64,000 nucleotides of DNA from an uncultured cyanobacterium (GTDB taxonomy: Bacteria > Cyanobacteriota > Cyanobacteriia > PCC-9006 > JAAUQQ01): positions 2,656,001-2,720,000 of the forward strand of contig OY970368.1 in the NCBI GenBank assembly GCA_963718615.1. Reading direction: 5' to 3'. Position 1 is the first letter of the stretch; every line of letters begins with the position of its first letter. Shown in pieces: positions 28,950-39,761 of this stretch. The notes below the pieces were generated by a model. It made no database searches. It was given only the letters and a program-made list of their open reading frames with translations, and was not told the origin of the DNA. Made by a program: the position numbers and the translations under genes.

Positions 28950-29903
28950 ATGTCGGAACGGGAAGCGGCATTGAGCGGTGTGGATTGCCCCGCATTTTCG
29001 GAACCTTTATTGTCTCGTCATAATATTTCGACAGAACTCTTGCAAATCCAGTTTTGGGGTGTGCGAGGGGAGTTATCGTCGCCGATGGGGTCCTATGGGG
29101 GCCATACGGGTTGTGTGTCGGTTGCGGTGGGACCGCAGCAGCTCGTTTTTGATGCGGGGACGGGACTTGCCGCCCTAGGCCAGCGGTGGAGCGCAGGGGA
29201 GGATCCTGTTCAAGCGCATTTATTTTTAACCCAGACCCAGTGGGATCGCACCCAGGGATTTTCCTGTTTTCAGCCTGCCTTTGGCCAAAGGAATCAGCTT
29301 TGGGTCTATGGTCCCGTGGCGATTACGGGAGCCTCGATTAAACAGCAAATTATGGATCAACTGCGGTTGCCCTATTCTGCGATCGCGCTGCGACAGATGC
29401 AGGCAACGATCCAGTTTCAAGACTTGCAGCCGGGAACGGTAGTGACAGTCGATCCCCAGATTCAAATCGAAACGCGGTTGCTGGAGCGGGCAACCTCTCC
29501 GGGATCGATCGCCCTAGGGTATCGACTCACTTGGCAAGGACGAACCTTAATCTATGCCACGGCCCTGAATATGGCACAGCTTAAGGCTCAGGCACTCAAA
29601 TCTTTTTTGGCCTGGGTTGAGGGGGCAGATGTGGTGATTTGTGGGGAGGCGGATGTGGGAGAACATTTGCGATCGCCCGAGTTTCATCCGGATCAAGATT
29701 GGCTACTCGCCCTCGATACGGCTCGTCTTCTGATCCAGCGGGCGGGGGTTCAGCGTCTGATTTTTGCCCGTCACCGTCCCCTCTTTCCAGATTGGCAGTT
29801 GCACGAATTAGAGAGCAGACTGCAAAAACTTTACCCCCAAGCGGAGCTGGCCTTTGAAGGGATGCGGGTTCAGGTTCCGCCCCGACCTCAAAACCATGAT
29901 TAA
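28950..29903 (+). CDS. MBL-fold protein with degenerate metal-binding motifs
   Basis: FWGVRG, YGGHTGCV and FDAGTG retained; HxHxDH replaced by QTQWDR. Confidence 0.8.
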   Translation: MSEREAALSGVDCPAFSEPLLSRHNISTELLQIQFWGVRGELSSPMGSYGGHTGCVSVAVGPQQLVFDAGTGLAALGQRWSAGEDPVQAHLFLTQTQWDRTQGFSCFQPAFGQRNQLWVYGPVAITGASIKQQIMDQLRLPYSAIALRQMQATIQFQDLQPGTVVTVDPQIQIETRLLERATSPGSIALGYRLTWQGRTLIYATALNMAQLKAQALKSFLAWVEGADVVICGEADVGEHLRSPEFHPDQDWLLALDTARLLIQRAGVQRLIFARHRPLFPDWQLHELESRLQKLYPQAELAFEGMRVQVPPRPQNHD

Positions 29904-30041
29904 TCGTTCACACCGGGGATTGACGTTGGATTCAGGCTCGCCGTCGCGGCATCGGGCTGGCTTTGTGCGAACATGCTCAAGGGCTAATGCTTTAACGGCC
30001 CAATTTAGATTCAATCCCAGTCATTCCCGCTTGTGCTTGCC

Positions 30042-30554
30042 ATGGATCTCAAAGCCCTCATCCGCGATATCCCCGATTTTCCCAGGCCCGGCATTCTCTT
30101 TCGCGACATCACGACGCTCCTGCAAAATCCGGAGGGACTGCGCTACGCCGTCGATCGCATGACGGAATATTGCGCCGAGCTCCAGCCAGACTATATTGTC
30201 GGCATCGAATCCCGTGGATTTATTTTTGGTATGCCTGTGGCCCACCAGCTTAATGCCGGATTTATTCCCGTGCGGAAACCGGGCAAGCTGCCTGCGGCGA
30301 CCCATGGGGCGGAATATGCTTTGGAATATGGGAGCGATCGCATCGAAATCCACCAGGATGCCCTGCCCCAGGGCAGTCGCGTGGTGATTATTGATGATTT
30401 ATTGGCAACGGGCGGAACCGCAGCGGCAGCGGCTCAGCTGATTGACCAAACCGAAGCAGAATTAGCAGGGTTTGCGTTTTTGATTGAGCTCTTAGCCCTA
30501 GAAGGGCGCAAAAAGCTGCCCGAGGTGCCGATGGTGTCTTTGGTGGAGTATTGA
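30042..30554 (+). CDS. apt: adenine phosphoribosyltransferase
   Basis: [22 protein letters not shown] and [10 protein letters not shown]. Confidence 0.97.
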   Translation: MDLKALIRDIPDFPRPGILFRDITTLLQNPEGLRYAVDRMTEYCAELQPDYIVGIESRGFIFGMPVAHQLNAGFIPVRKPGKLPAATHGAEYALEYGSDRIEIHQDALPQGSRVVIIDDLLATGGTAAAAAQLIDQTEAELAGFAFLIELLALEGRKKLPEVPMVSLVEY

Positions 30555-30565
30555 GGCTAAAAAGC

Positions 30566-31402
30566 ATGGTTCAGACTGTTTTGATTACGGGGGCTTCGAC
30601 CGGAATTGGCGAAGCCACGGCGCGCTTGTTTCAAGCCCAGGGGTGGAATGTGGCGGCAACGATGCGATCGCCCGAAAACCACCCCACACTGGCCCAGTTG
30701 CCTCGGGTTATCTGTCCTCGACTGGATGTGACGGAGGGGGAATCGATTGCGGGGGCGATCGCCCAAACCCTCGAAACCTTTGGCCGAATTGATGTAGTGG
30801 TGAATAACGCAGGCTATGGGCTCGTGGGAGCCTTTGAGGCGATCGACCCCGCCCAAATCCAAAAGCAGTTTGACACCAATGTCTTTGGTCTCATGGCGGT
30901 AGTTCGGGCAGTTTTACCCCAGATGCGGGCGCAACGCTCGGGGACGATTTTGAACGTCACGTCGATTGGCGGCAAGATGGCATTTCCGCTCTATAGCGTT
31001 TACCACGCAACCAAGTGGGGCGTAGAAGGCTTTTCGGAGTCGCTGCAGTATGAGCTTGCACCGTTTAATATTCAGGTCAAAATTATTGAGCCAGGGCTGA
31101 TTAAGACGGATTTCTATGGGCGATCGGAGGAGCTGGTTCGCAAGTCGGCGCTGACGGCCTATGATGCCTTCCTGGACAAGGTCGTTCCCAATCTGAAAAA
31201 GTCAGGAGCCCTGGGGTCCACCCCGGAAGCGACCGCCAAGGTGATCTATCGTGCCGCGACCGATGGCAAAACCCGCCTGCGCTATCCGGCGGCAGGCTAT
31301 GCGGGATTGTTACTGTTCCTACGCCAATTTTCTCGGGACCGGGCCTGGAGTGCCGGGGTTCGAGCCCTGACGATGCGGTCCAATCGCCGCCCTGGGGCAT
31401 AA
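30566..31402 (+). CDS. SDR family oxidoreductase
   Basis: TGASTGIG, NNAGYG and YHATK. Confidence 0.93.
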   Translation: MVQTVLITGASTGIGEATARLFQAQGWNVAATMRSPENHPTLAQLPRVICPRLDVTEGESIAGAIAQTLETFGRIDVVVNNAGYGLVGAFEAIDPAQIQKQFDTNVFGLMAVVRAVLPQMRAQRSGTILNVTSIGGKMAFPLYSVYHATKWGVEGFSESLQYELAPFNIQVKIIEPGLIKTDFYGRSEELVRKSALTAYDAFLDKVVPNLKKSGALGSTPEATAKVIYRAATDGKTRLRYPAAGYAGLLLFLRQFSRDRAWSAGVRALTMRSNRRPGA

Positions 31403-31405
31403 CCG

Positions 31406-31990
31406 CTAGGCAGGATAAAGCGCCCGCAAACGGGGCAAAATCTGGGCAAACGCACGGCCCCGGTGGCTCAAGACATGCTTTTGCTCCGGGCTCATTTCGG
31501 CGTAGGTGCGGTTGGCTTCCGGCACGAAGAAAATGGGGTCGTAGCCAAACCCGCCTTTGCCTCGGGGCTCAGGCAAAATCTCTCCGGGGCAAATCCCTTC
31601 TTCAGCTAGGGCAACGGAGCCATCAGGCCGAGCCACCACGACAGCACAGATAAACTCAGCGGAGCGATCGGGGTGAGGGCCTAGCTCCCGCAAGACACGG
31701 GCGATGCGATCGCCATCATCCTGACCATACCGAGCGGAGTAAAGCCCCGGTGCCCCATTCAGCGCAGTCACGGCTAAACCAGAATCATCGGCGATCGACC
31801 ATTTCCCCGTTGCCTTCGCCACTTGAACCGCCTTTAGTTCTGCATTCTCCAGAAACGTGGTTCCCGTTTCCTCAACCTCCAGGGCCTGGGGCTTCAGCTC
31901 CAGGCTCCAATCTGTTTTCAGGAGATACTGCTGCATTTCCTTGAGCTTTCCTGGATTTCCGGTGGCGACGACCAGTGTTTGAGTAGGCAT
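31406..31990 (-). CDS. rdgB: dITP/XTP pyrophosphatase
   Basis: ATGNPGK, ADDSGL, GFGYDPIF and SHRGRA. Confidence 0.95.
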   Translation of the reverse strand: MPTQTLVVATGNPGKLKEMQQYLLKTDWSLELKPQALEVEETGTTFLENAELKAVQVAKATGKWSIADDSGLAVTALNGAPGLYSARYGQDDGDRIARVLRELGPHPDRSAEFICAVVVARPDGSVALAEEGICPGEILPEPRGKGGFGYDPIFFVPEANRTYAEMSPEQKHVLSHRGRAFAQILPRLRALYPA

Positions 31991-32028
31991 TGAGAAGTCA
32001 TTCCGCAAACAAACCCGTTTCTCAGGGG

Positions 32029-32781
32029 CTAGCGACCCCCTTGAAACCCTGTCCAGCAGATTAGCAGGTAAGCGGCTGCAATCATCAAGCCCCCAAAGCC
32101 AACCCGCAGACGAGATTTATTAAATTCAGTGGCAATTTGATTGCGCTTACTCTGGTTTTGCTCGTTGATTGTGGCCAGCGCCTGGTTCCGGGCGGTTTCT
32201 TGCTGCTTTTCCAGGGCGGTGGGATCCTTCTTGAAGCGATCGAGGTTTTCCTTTATCGACCGCAAGCGGGTTTTGTCAGCTTCGCTCAGTCCCTCTTGTT
32301 GAAGGAGCGCATCGAGCTGGCTAATCTGATCGGGATTTTCGAGCACTTGGTTAATTTGTGCCCGTTCTTGCTGCAGTCGCGCGTCCAGTTGAGCTTCGAC
32401 TTGGGTGGTTTGGGTGTTGAGTTCACGGGTTGCCGTGGCGCTGGCTTTGCCGGCATCGGCAATGTGCAGCGGAGCCATCAACAAAAACAGCAGTCCTAAA
32501 ATCCCAGAAATGGCAAGCGCCACGGGCTTGAGAGGGCCGCCAGAGGCTTGGCGATCGCCAAAACTTCCCATCCACAGCCCCAGCATAATCAGTCCCACAC
32601 CAATCAGCGGCACAATCCCACGGTCAATCAACTGGGTCGTGAACTGAAAGCGCCACTGGGGATCCGTAAAATTGGGCTGGATCAACAGAATGATGTAGTC
32701 AATCAGAGAAGCCGCCAGCAAAACGCTCCCAACAACCTTGAGGGCGAAGCTGATGGGAGCGGGATTGGAATTGGAACGCAT
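32029..32781 (-). CDS. hpsJ: HpsJ-family membrane protein
   Basis: TTQLIDRGIVPLIG motif; 3 TM + coiled coil + C-terminal TM. Confidence 0.7.
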   Translation of the reverse strand: MRSNSNPAPISFALKVVGSVLLAASLIDYIILLIQPNFTDPQWRFQFTTQLIDRGIVPLIGVGLIMLGLWMGSFGDRQASGGPLKPVALAISGILGLLFLLMAPLHIADAGKASATATRELNTQTTQVEAQLDARLQQERAQINQVLENPDQISQLDALLQQEGLSEADKTRLRSIKENLDRFKKDPTALEKQQETARNQALATINEQNQSKRNQIATEFNKSRLRVGFGGLMIAAAYLLICWTGFQGGR

Positions 32782-32872
32782 ATTTCAATGAAGTTTCAAT
32801 GAAGGAGAAAGAGGGATTGAAGGACCGCGAGGGATCGCGTCAAGGGATCGCGGCATCAGAATTTGCAGGACG

Positions 32873-34333
32873 CTAAAATTGGCTGGCCCAGTCCTTGGCC
32901 CAGGCTAGGGTTTCCTGGACCTGGTCTAGGGTAGCGGCTTCACAGTAAAGCCGCAGCAGGGGCTCGGTCCCGCTAAAGCGAATCATCAGCCAACGGCCAT
33001 CGGCCAGACGGAATTTGTAGCCGTCGATGGTAATGCAATCCGTTACGAGTTGTCCCGCAATTTCGCTGGGGCGATGGGTTTGGAGGGCATTGAGGACGCG
33101 ATCGCGCACATCCATGCTCGCCAAGGGCAAATCAATCCGGTCGTACTCCGCAAAGAACTGGGTGCGTTCCTGGAGACTCTCATAGAGCGCCGCTAGCCCA
33201 GAACCAGACTGGACAATGGCTTCCAGCACATACAGCGCCGCCAACAGCCCATCCCGCTCGGGAATGTGGCTGCCGTAGCCAATGCCGCCGGATTCTTCGC
33301 CACCGATGAGCACCGGAGTCGTCAGCATGCGATCGGCAATGTACTTGTATCCCACCGCCGTTTCATGGACCGATAGACCAAACAGTTCAGCAACCTTAGG
33401 CATCAGGTCCGAACCGCTGACGGTTTTGATCACCTCGCCGGTCATGCCGCGCCGTTGGGATAAATGCTCGATCAGGACGGGGATCAACACCTGGGAGCTG
33501 CGAAACTCGCCGGCTTCATCCACGGCTCCAATGCGATCGGCATCGCCATCAAACACCATGCCTACGGCTAAGGAGCGATCGGGGCGATCGCGCATCGCCG
33601 TCATAATGTCCGACAAATTGCGTGGTAGGGGTTCCGGGGCACCGCCGCCGAAGAGGGGGTCGCGATCGCCATGAAATTCCGTCACAGGCACCTCTAAAAT
33701 CCGCGCCAATCCAGTCGCTGCTGCCCCATGCATGACATCGGCAAAGACTTGCAGCTCCCCCGCCTTAACCGCTGCCTGGATCGCTCCAATATCGACTTTT
33801 TTACCCAGGGCCTCACAGTAGGGACCCCAGGGCTCGAAGGTCTCGAAGGCTGTCGCTGTCATCGAGGCCGCTGGCGGCATATCGCCTGTAGCCAGAATCG
33901 CTTCCACCTTCTGGGTGACTTCGGGGGGCACAGACCCGCCAAACGCGCCTTTGATCTTCAAACCGGAATAGCTACCGGGATTGTGGCTAGCGGTAATCAC
34001 CAGGGCACCGAGGGCGTTTTGATCCTTGGCGGCGAGACTGAAGGCTGGGGTCGGCGCGTAGCCTTCCGAGAGGAGAACCTCTAGACCCGCCGCTTGAGCT
34101 GCTTGGGCCGTGGTATAGGCAAATTCTTCGGAGAGGAAGCGGCGATCGTAGCCGACAATCACGCGGTTACTGCCGGTGGTTTCGCCGTAGACTTCGCGCA
34201 AAACCAAAGACGCCGCAAAGGCCGCGCGATAAAGCCGTTCAAACGTAAAATCCTCGGCAATGATACCCCGCCAACCATCGGTGCCGAATCGGATGGGGCC
34301 AGGGGATTGATAGCTGGGGGGAACGTGAGCCAT
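32873..34333 (-). CDS. phosphoglucomutase/phosphomannomutase
   Basis: FGTDGWRG, TASHNP, DGDADR, GGEESGG and RFSGTEP. Confidence 0.94.
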   Translation of the reverse strand: MAHVPPSYQSPGPIRFGTDGWRGIIAEDFTFERLYRAAFAASLVLREVYGETTGSNRVIVGYDRRFLSEEFAYTTAQAAQAAGLEVLLSEGYAPTPAFSLAAKDQNALGALVITASHNPGSYSGLKIKGAFGGSVPPEVTQKVEAILATGDMPPAASMTATAFETFEPWGPYCEALGKKVDIGAIQAAVKAGELQVFADVMHGAAATGLARILEVPVTEFHGDRDPLFGGGAPEPLPRNLSDIMTAMRDRPDRSLAVGMVFDGDADRIGAVDEAGEFRSSQVLIPVLIEHLSQRRGMTGEVIKTVSGSDLMPKVAELFGLSVHETAVGYKYIADRMLTTPVLIGGEESGGIGYGSHIPERDGLLAALYVLEAIVQSGSGLAALYESLQERTQFFAEYDRIDLPLASMDVRDRVLNALQTHRPSEIAGQLVTDCITIDGYKFRLADGRWLMIRFSGTEPLLRLYCEAATLDQVQETLAWAKDWASQF

Positions 34334-34490
34334 GGTGGTGAGATGAAGGAGAAATCTAATTTTTCTTTAAAAAAGGTGCTGCATAAAATATTACAGTCAC
34401 CCCGCAATCAAACCGGAAGCCAGACCAAGCAGTAGCCCGTAGCCCGTGGGTTGGCTTGAGGCACAAAACCCCACAGCCTCAGCGTTCCCG

Positions 34491-35447
34491 CTAAATCGCC
34501 TTGGCAATCAGCGTGCGGTGTCGAGGGGTATTGGACGTTAAGGAAGGCCGCTCAAACCCAGCGTCTTCAAAGGCTTGGAACAGATCAAAACTGAAATAAT
34601 CGTCGAGGTAAGGTTCAGTGCTCTTGAGCAACGTCAGGATGTAGGGCGGCATTGAGGCATAAATCGGCGAGGCCGGATTCATATCCATCAGCGTGAAATG
34701 GCCACCGGGTTTCAGTAGGCGTCGGCCTTCTCTCAAAATCTCGCGGGCAGCGGTGCGGGGGAGTTCGTGAAAGACCAAGCAGGCGGAAACCAGGTCGTAG
34801 GCGGCGGCGGGGAGTCCCGTGTTTTCGGCGGCGGCGTGTTTCCATTGGATGGTGGCGTGGCGCTGTTGGCCTCGGTATTGGGCGATCGCCACAAAATAAG
34901 GCGACAGATCAATGCCCGTAATTTGCGCCTCAGGAAAGGTCTGTTGCAACGAAAACGTGCTCAGTCCCACGCTACAGCCCAGATCCACAATCGTCGCCGG
35001 AGCCTCAGCCAGGTTCGCCTTGACCACATCGTGATAGCTCTTGCGCAGGCGGATATCCCCCTGGGCATCTTCTTCGGGCCAAATTCGAGCATGCACTGCT
35101 TTTGCTGCCACTTCCGCTTCCATGGCAGGGTCCCAGCCCAGATTGCCTTCGGCGTAGGCATGGAAGGGTTTGAGGTAGTAATCGGGATAGGCGAGGTCGT
35201 CGTTGCGCAACTGGGCCAGGTCTGCTTCCCACTCGGGTGCAAAGTCCGTGGGTTGGTTGCGCGATCGCAAAGCCTGCGCTTCTTTGTGCCAATAGACCCC
35301 AATCCCCTCGGCCCGCTGAATCATCATGCGTCTGGCCCGCTGTTTAGCAAATTGGTAGAGCGGCTGGATATTCAACAACCCGCTCACGAAGCGGGAAGTC
35401 AGCGTTGGCGGGGGTAGCTCAGCGGTCGGGCTCGCAAAAGAACTCAT
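34491..35447 (-). CDS. class I SAM-dependent methyltransferase
   Basis: FHAY.EGNL.W, IVDLGCSVG and FHELP. Confidence 0.88.
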   Translation of the reverse strand: MSSFASPTAELPPPTLTSRFVSGLLNIQPLYQFAKQRARRMMIQRAEGIGVYWHKEAQALRSRNQPTDFAPEWEADLAQLRNDDLAYPDYYLKPFHAYAEGNLGWDPAMEAEVAAKAVHARIWPEEDAQGDIRLRKSYHDVVKANLAEAPATIVDLGCSVGLSTFSLQQTFPEAQITGIDLSPYFVAIAQYRGQQRHATIQWKHAAAENTGLPAAAYDLVSACLVFHELPRTAAREILREGRRLLKPGGHFTLMDMNPASPIYASMPPYILTLLKSTEPYLDDYFSFDLFQAFEDAGFERPSLTSNTPRHRTLIAKAI

Positions 35448-35581
35448 GGACAATCGCCTGAAAAACGTCAAAGAAAGAATTTTTTAATCGCTTTTATTAT
35501 CGCTCAAGTCGCTTTGACCCATCTGCCTCAAACTTGCGTAACAATTAAGCCAGCGAATGACAATGACCTGTTCTGAGATCC

Positions 35582-36925
35582 ATGACTTTAGCGGCGCGAT
35601 CGCCCCATTTTTCTCCCTCGGCTCAACCCTCTCCCCAGAGCTCTAAGCTAGACAGCCCTGACCTAGATAGCCCTAATCGAGATGCCGATCTGATTATTGT
35701 TGGGGCTGGCATTGTGGGAGCGACCCTGGCCTGTGCGCTTTTGCCCAGCGGTTTGCGGATTGCCCTGGTGGATGCCCAGCTCCCCGCTGTGGGGCTCCAG
35801 CGGCGTCGAGCCTACGCCTTTTCGCTGCTCTCCAGTGAGATCTTCCAGACCCTAGGCGTTTGGGAACAGATTCGCCCCCAGATCACAGCCTGCTCCCGCA
35901 TTCGGCTATCCGATGGGGCCTATCCCCGATTTGTTTGGCTTTCGCCCGAAGATTTACCTGGGGCACAGAAACGAGAGGCAGCGGTTTATGTGGCGGAACA
36001 TGATGTGTTGCTCAGGCCGCTCTACGCGATTTTGCAGCAAGCGCCCCAGGTGGATTGGTATTGTCCGATGACGGTTGCAGCGGTGGACTATGGACCGGAG
36101 CGGGCGATCGCCCACCTCACCGATGCCACGGGCCAAACCTGCCAGATCACAAGCCGCCTGATCATCGCCGCCGATGGTCCCCAGTCCTCCCTGCGTCAAG
36201 CCGCTCAAATTTCGACCCGAGGCTGGAACTATTGGCAGTCCTGTATTGGCTTTACGGTGCGGACCGAAAAACCCCATGGGAATACCGCCTACGAACGCTT
36301 TTGGCCCAGCGGACCCTTTGCCATCTTGCCCTTGCCCGATCAGCGCGCCCAGGTGGTCTGGACCGCCCCCCATGCCGAAGCCCAGCGGATTGCGGCCTTG
36401 CCGGAAGCTGAATTTTTACAATTGTTGGAAACTCGCTATGGCACCCACATGGGTCGGTTGACCCTGGACGATGCGCGTCAGGTTTTTCCCGTGCGACTGA
36501 TGCAGAGCGATCGCTATAGTCAGCACAGACTCGCCCTCGTCGGCGACGCCGCCCACAACTGTCACCCCGTGGGCGGACAGGGCTTAAATATGGGCATCCG
36601 CGATGCCGCAGCCCTGGCCCAAATCCTGACCCAAGCTCACCAACACCAGCAGGACATTGGCCAAGCCCGACTCCTGCGACGCTATGAGCACTGGCGGAAG
36701 CGCGAAAACTGGGTCATTTTAGCTTTTACTGATTTGCTCGATCGCCTCTTTTCCAGTCCCTGGCCAGCGGTGATTGTAGTCCGCCGCTGGGGACTGTGGT
36801 TATTGCGATCGCTCCCCTTCGCCCGAACCCTAGCCCTGGGCCTGATGGCCGGTCAACTGGGCCGCAAACCCCTTCGAATCATTGACGAGGGGATGCAAAC
36901 CCAATTCCAACCGAAAGAGGATTAA
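35582..36925 (+). CDS. ubiH: FAD-dependent hydroxylase, UbiH/COQ6 family
   Basis: IVGAGIVG, AADG..S.LR and LVGDAAHNCHPVGGQGLNMG. Confidence 0.85.
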   Translation: MTLAARSPHFSPSAQPSPQSSKLDSPDLDSPNRDADLIIVGAGIVGATLACALLPSGLRIALVDAQLPAVGLQRRRAYAFSLLSSEIFQTLGVWEQIRPQITACSRIRLSDGAYPRFVWLSPEDLPGAQKREAAVYVAEHDVLLRPLYAILQQAPQVDWYCPMTVAAVDYGPERAIAHLTDATGQTCQITSRLIIAADGPQSSLRQAAQISTRGWNYWQSCIGFTVRTEKPHGNTAYERFWPSGPFAILPLPDQRAQVVWTAPHAEAQRIAALPEAEFLQLLETRYGTHMGRLTLDDARQVFPVRLMQSDRYSQHRLALVGDAAHNCHPVGGQGLNMGIRDAAALAQILTQAHQHQQDIGQARLLRRYEHWRKRENWVILAFTDLLDRLFSSPWPAVIVVRRWGLWLLRSLPFARTLALGLMAGQLGRKPLRIIDEGMQTQFQPKED

Positions 36926-36936
36926 GCCTGAGCGGA

Positions 36937-37665
36937 TTAAGCCTGATCAGCGGTTTCCTTGGCCTCGCTAGTGCGGGCAACCGCTTCAAATTTATAGCCA
37001 ACCCCCCGTACGGTCTGAATCAGCGAGGGCTGACTCGTGTCGATTTCGATCTTCTTGCGAATCTGGCCAATGTGGACATCAACGACCCGCTGGTCGCCTA
37101 CATAGTCGTAGTCCCAGACCTCCTGAATCAGCTCCGCCCGCCGCCAAACCCGACCGGGATGACTGGCGAGGAAATGCAGCAGGTCAAACTCTAGGGCGGT
37201 CAACGGCACCGTATCGTTATTGAGGCTGACCTCCCGACGGATCGGATCAATACTCAGACCTTCGTATTGCAGACATTGCTGTTCTGCGACCGTCACCGTG
37301 CGCTGGCGCTTCAAAATCGCGCCGACCCTGGCCCCCAATTCGCTGAGACCAAAGGGTTTCGTAATGTAGTCGTCAGCCCCCTGCTTAAAGCCTTCAATTT
37401 TGTCCGCTTCGTCATCTCGGCTCGTGAGCATGAGCACAAACACCCCAGTTCGCCCCTGCATCTCTTGGCAGAGGGTATAGCCGGTTGTATCTGGCAAATT
37501 GACATCCAGAATCACGAGATCGGGTTTAAACTTTTCGAAAAGGGACATGCCGCTCTTGCCGTCTTCCGCCGCCTCGACTTGGTAGCCTTGCTTAGACAGA
37601 AAACGGAAGATGAGTGTGCGGACTGCTGTCTCGTCTTCGACAATGAGAATTTTGGCCGGTGCCAT
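36937..37665 (-). CDS. OmpR-family response regulator
   Basis: DLVILDVNLPD, DDYITKPF, VDVHIGQIRKKIE and TVRGVGY. Confidence 0.95.
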   Translation of the reverse strand: MAPAKILIVEDETAVRTLIFRFLSKQGYQVEAAEDGKSGMSLFEKFKPDLVILDVNLPDTTGYTLCQEMQGRTGVFVLMLTSRDDEADKIEGFKQGADDYITKPFGLSELGARVGAILKRQRTVTVAEQQCLQYEGLSIDPIRREVSLNNDTVPLTALEFDLLHFLASHPGRVWRRAELIQEVWDYDYVGDQRVVDVHIGQIRKKIEIDTSQPSLIQTVRGVGYKFEAVARTSEAKETADQA

Positions 37666-38059
37666 AGGCGAAATCTCTTGAAATATGGGCAGACAAAAGC
37701 AAGGAGCCGCTAACCCTGGCGACACGCAGATGCGGGTGTTGAGGCCAGTGAGCCTTGAACAAGCTTTGAACTAACAGTTAATCTTTCCGGGGCCAAGAAA
37801 GATTTCAGAACGATTTACCCATGGGCGTCGAGAAATCGCAAGTAATGGAGAATCGCCCCAAAACCTGCGGCCTATGGGGCATGGCCTACGGGCGCATATA
37901 ACGCATACCATATAGGGCATACAGAGGGCGGCGCATACAGAGGGCGGTGTGTATATAGGTTACCCAAAATTTCATCATTCTGCGCAGGTTTTATGAAGTC
38001 TTGTACGAGGACCAGAGCACGATAGAGTGAACAGGGACTGATTTGCGGGTGAAAGAACC

Positions 38060-38977
38060 ATGAAGATTGCGATCGCAGGGGCAACGGGATTTGTCGGTCA
38101 ACGGTTGGTGGAACGGCTCATGGAGCTTGGCCACACCTGTGTCGTTTTAACCCGCAACGCTGCGACGGCACAGCGCCTCTTTTCTTTGAGCGCATTTCCT
38201 CAGATTGCAATCGTTTCCTATGGACCAACCCAGGCCGGAGATTGGCAAGGGGCGATCGCAGGCTGCGACGGGGTCGTCAACTTGGCCGGGGAGCCCATTG
38301 CGGAAAAGCGCTGGAGCCCTGAGCAAAAGCAAGAAATTCTCGACAGTCGAGTACAGGCAACCGAGCGGATCGTCGAGGCGATCGCCCAGGCCACCCCCAG
38401 TCCCAGCGTTCTCGTCAATGCGTCAGCCATCGGCTATTACGGTACCAGCGAAACAGAGCTATTTACCGAGGCGAGTTCCTCCGGTCAGGACTTTTTGGCA
38501 GAAGTCTGCCGCCGTTGGGAGGCTGCCGCCGCTGCGGCCACGGCCCAGGGAACTCGGCTGGTCATTTTGCGGCTGGGCATTGTGGTGGGGGAGGGTGGGG
38601 CCATTGGCAAGATGCTGCCGGCGTTTCGCGCCTTTGCGGGCGGGCCAATTGGCACAGGAGAACAGTGGTTTTCCTGGATTGCCCGTGAGGATGTGGTGAA
38701 CCTGATCATCAAGGCCCTCACGGATAGCCAAATGCAGGGGACCTATAACGCCACTAGTCCCAATCCCCTCAGAATGAAAGAGGTGACTGAAATTCTGGGA
38801 GAGGTCCTGGGTCGCCCGTCCTGGCTGCCGGTACCAGGGTTTGCGTTGGAACTCCTCCTGGGGGAAGGGGCAACGGTGGTGCTCCAAGGCCAGCGGGTTT
38901 TGCCCCAGCGCACCCAGGCGTCGGGGTTTGAATACCAATATCCCGATCTAGAGTCCGCCCTGAGAACGTTTATATAG
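38060..38977 (+). CDS. TIGR01777 family epimerase/oxidoreductase (ThyD-like)
   Basis: GATGFVG, VNLAGEPIA..RW, ASAIGYYG and G.QWFSWI. Confidence 0.9.
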   Translation: MKIAIAGATGFVGQRLVERLMELGHTCVVLTRNAATAQRLFSLSAFPQIAIVSYGPTQAGDWQGAIAGCDGVVNLAGEPIAEKRWSPEQKQEILDSRVQATERIVEAIAQATPSPSVLVNASAIGYYGTSETELFTEASSSGQDFLAEVCRRWEAAAAAATAQGTRLVILRLGIVVGEGGAIGKMLPAFRAFAGGPIGTGEQWFSWIAREDVVNLIIKALTDSQMQGTYNATSPNPLRMKEVTEILGEVLGRPSWLPVPGFALELLLGEGATVVLQGQRVLPQRTQASGFEYQYPDLESALRTFI

Positions 38978-39011
38978 ACCGGTTTATATAGGCCGGTTTA
39001 TAGGCCGAATT

Positions 39012-39275
39012 TTATGGCACAGAGCCGTTGCTCTTCAGGGCATCGATTTTTTTCAAAACCCAGCCACTGACGCCGCTGACGATCGCCCCCGCCATCAGCA
39101 GGCCAATGGCAGGCATAAACAGGGGCTCCCAGAGGCTATACCAAAGATCAAAGCCAAGGGAAAGCTCAAAACTGCGGCCTAGGAGGGCGATCGCAAACCA
39201 AAAAAAGCTCGCGAGGACAAAGAAAAAATCCGCCGTGAGCAAGAGATTGAAACCGCTCAAGAGTTTGTCTCTCAT
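39012..39275 (-). CDS. small 2-TM cyanobacterial membrane protein
   Basis: ADFFFVL..F.WF and LW..LW.PLF.PAIG.LM.GA; ATGA-coupled to the TPR gene. Confidence 0.75.
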   Translation of the reverse strand: MRDKLLSGFNLLLTADFFFVLASFFWFAIALLGRSFELSLGFDLWYSLWEPLFMPAIGLLMAGAIVSGVSGWVLKKIDALKSNGSVP

Positions 39276-39691
39276 TCTTTTAACCAGCTCTGCACGCGCT
39301 GAAGACTTTTCCACTCGGGTTTGCGGCTCAGGCCATCGGCAATGCTTTCGTCGACTTCCTGTCGGAGTTCATCGGAAATCGAGATAAGCTGCTGAACAAT
39401 CGCCACATGGTCCCGTACGCCTTTCTTGCCGGTTTCTAGCATGGCGACGGACAAATTGACCCTAGCTTGGGGATCCTGGGGATTGAGCTTAACCGCTTTG
39501 TTCGCCGCTTTATAGGCCGGTTCGGGCTTATCAGATAGCAAATACAGCCAGGAGAGGCAAGTCCAGGCAGGGCTGCTTTTAGGGGCGCGATCGCACAGCC
39601 CCTTAAACAACGGAATTAACTCCGCCACGGGCTCGCCGTTTTTATAGCGCTCAATGCCTTCCGTAAAGAGATCTTCGGCGGTCTGAACCAT
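39272..39691 (-). CDS. TPR protein
   Basis: AWTCLSWLYLL...AYKAA.KAVKLNPQDPQARVNL. Confidence 0.85.
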   Translation of the reverse strand: MVQTAEDLFTEGIERYKNGEPVAELIPLFKGLCDRAPKSSPAWTCLSWLYLLSDKPEPAYKAANKAVKLNPQDPQARVNLSVAMLETGKKGVRDHVAIVQQLISISDELRQEVDESIADGLSRKPEWKSLQRVQSWLKE

Positions 39692-39761
39692 AGCAAAAAA
39701 CATTACTTCACATTAGAAAGGGCGCAATCACTGCGCCCTTTGTCATCTTGCCACGCTTTGG

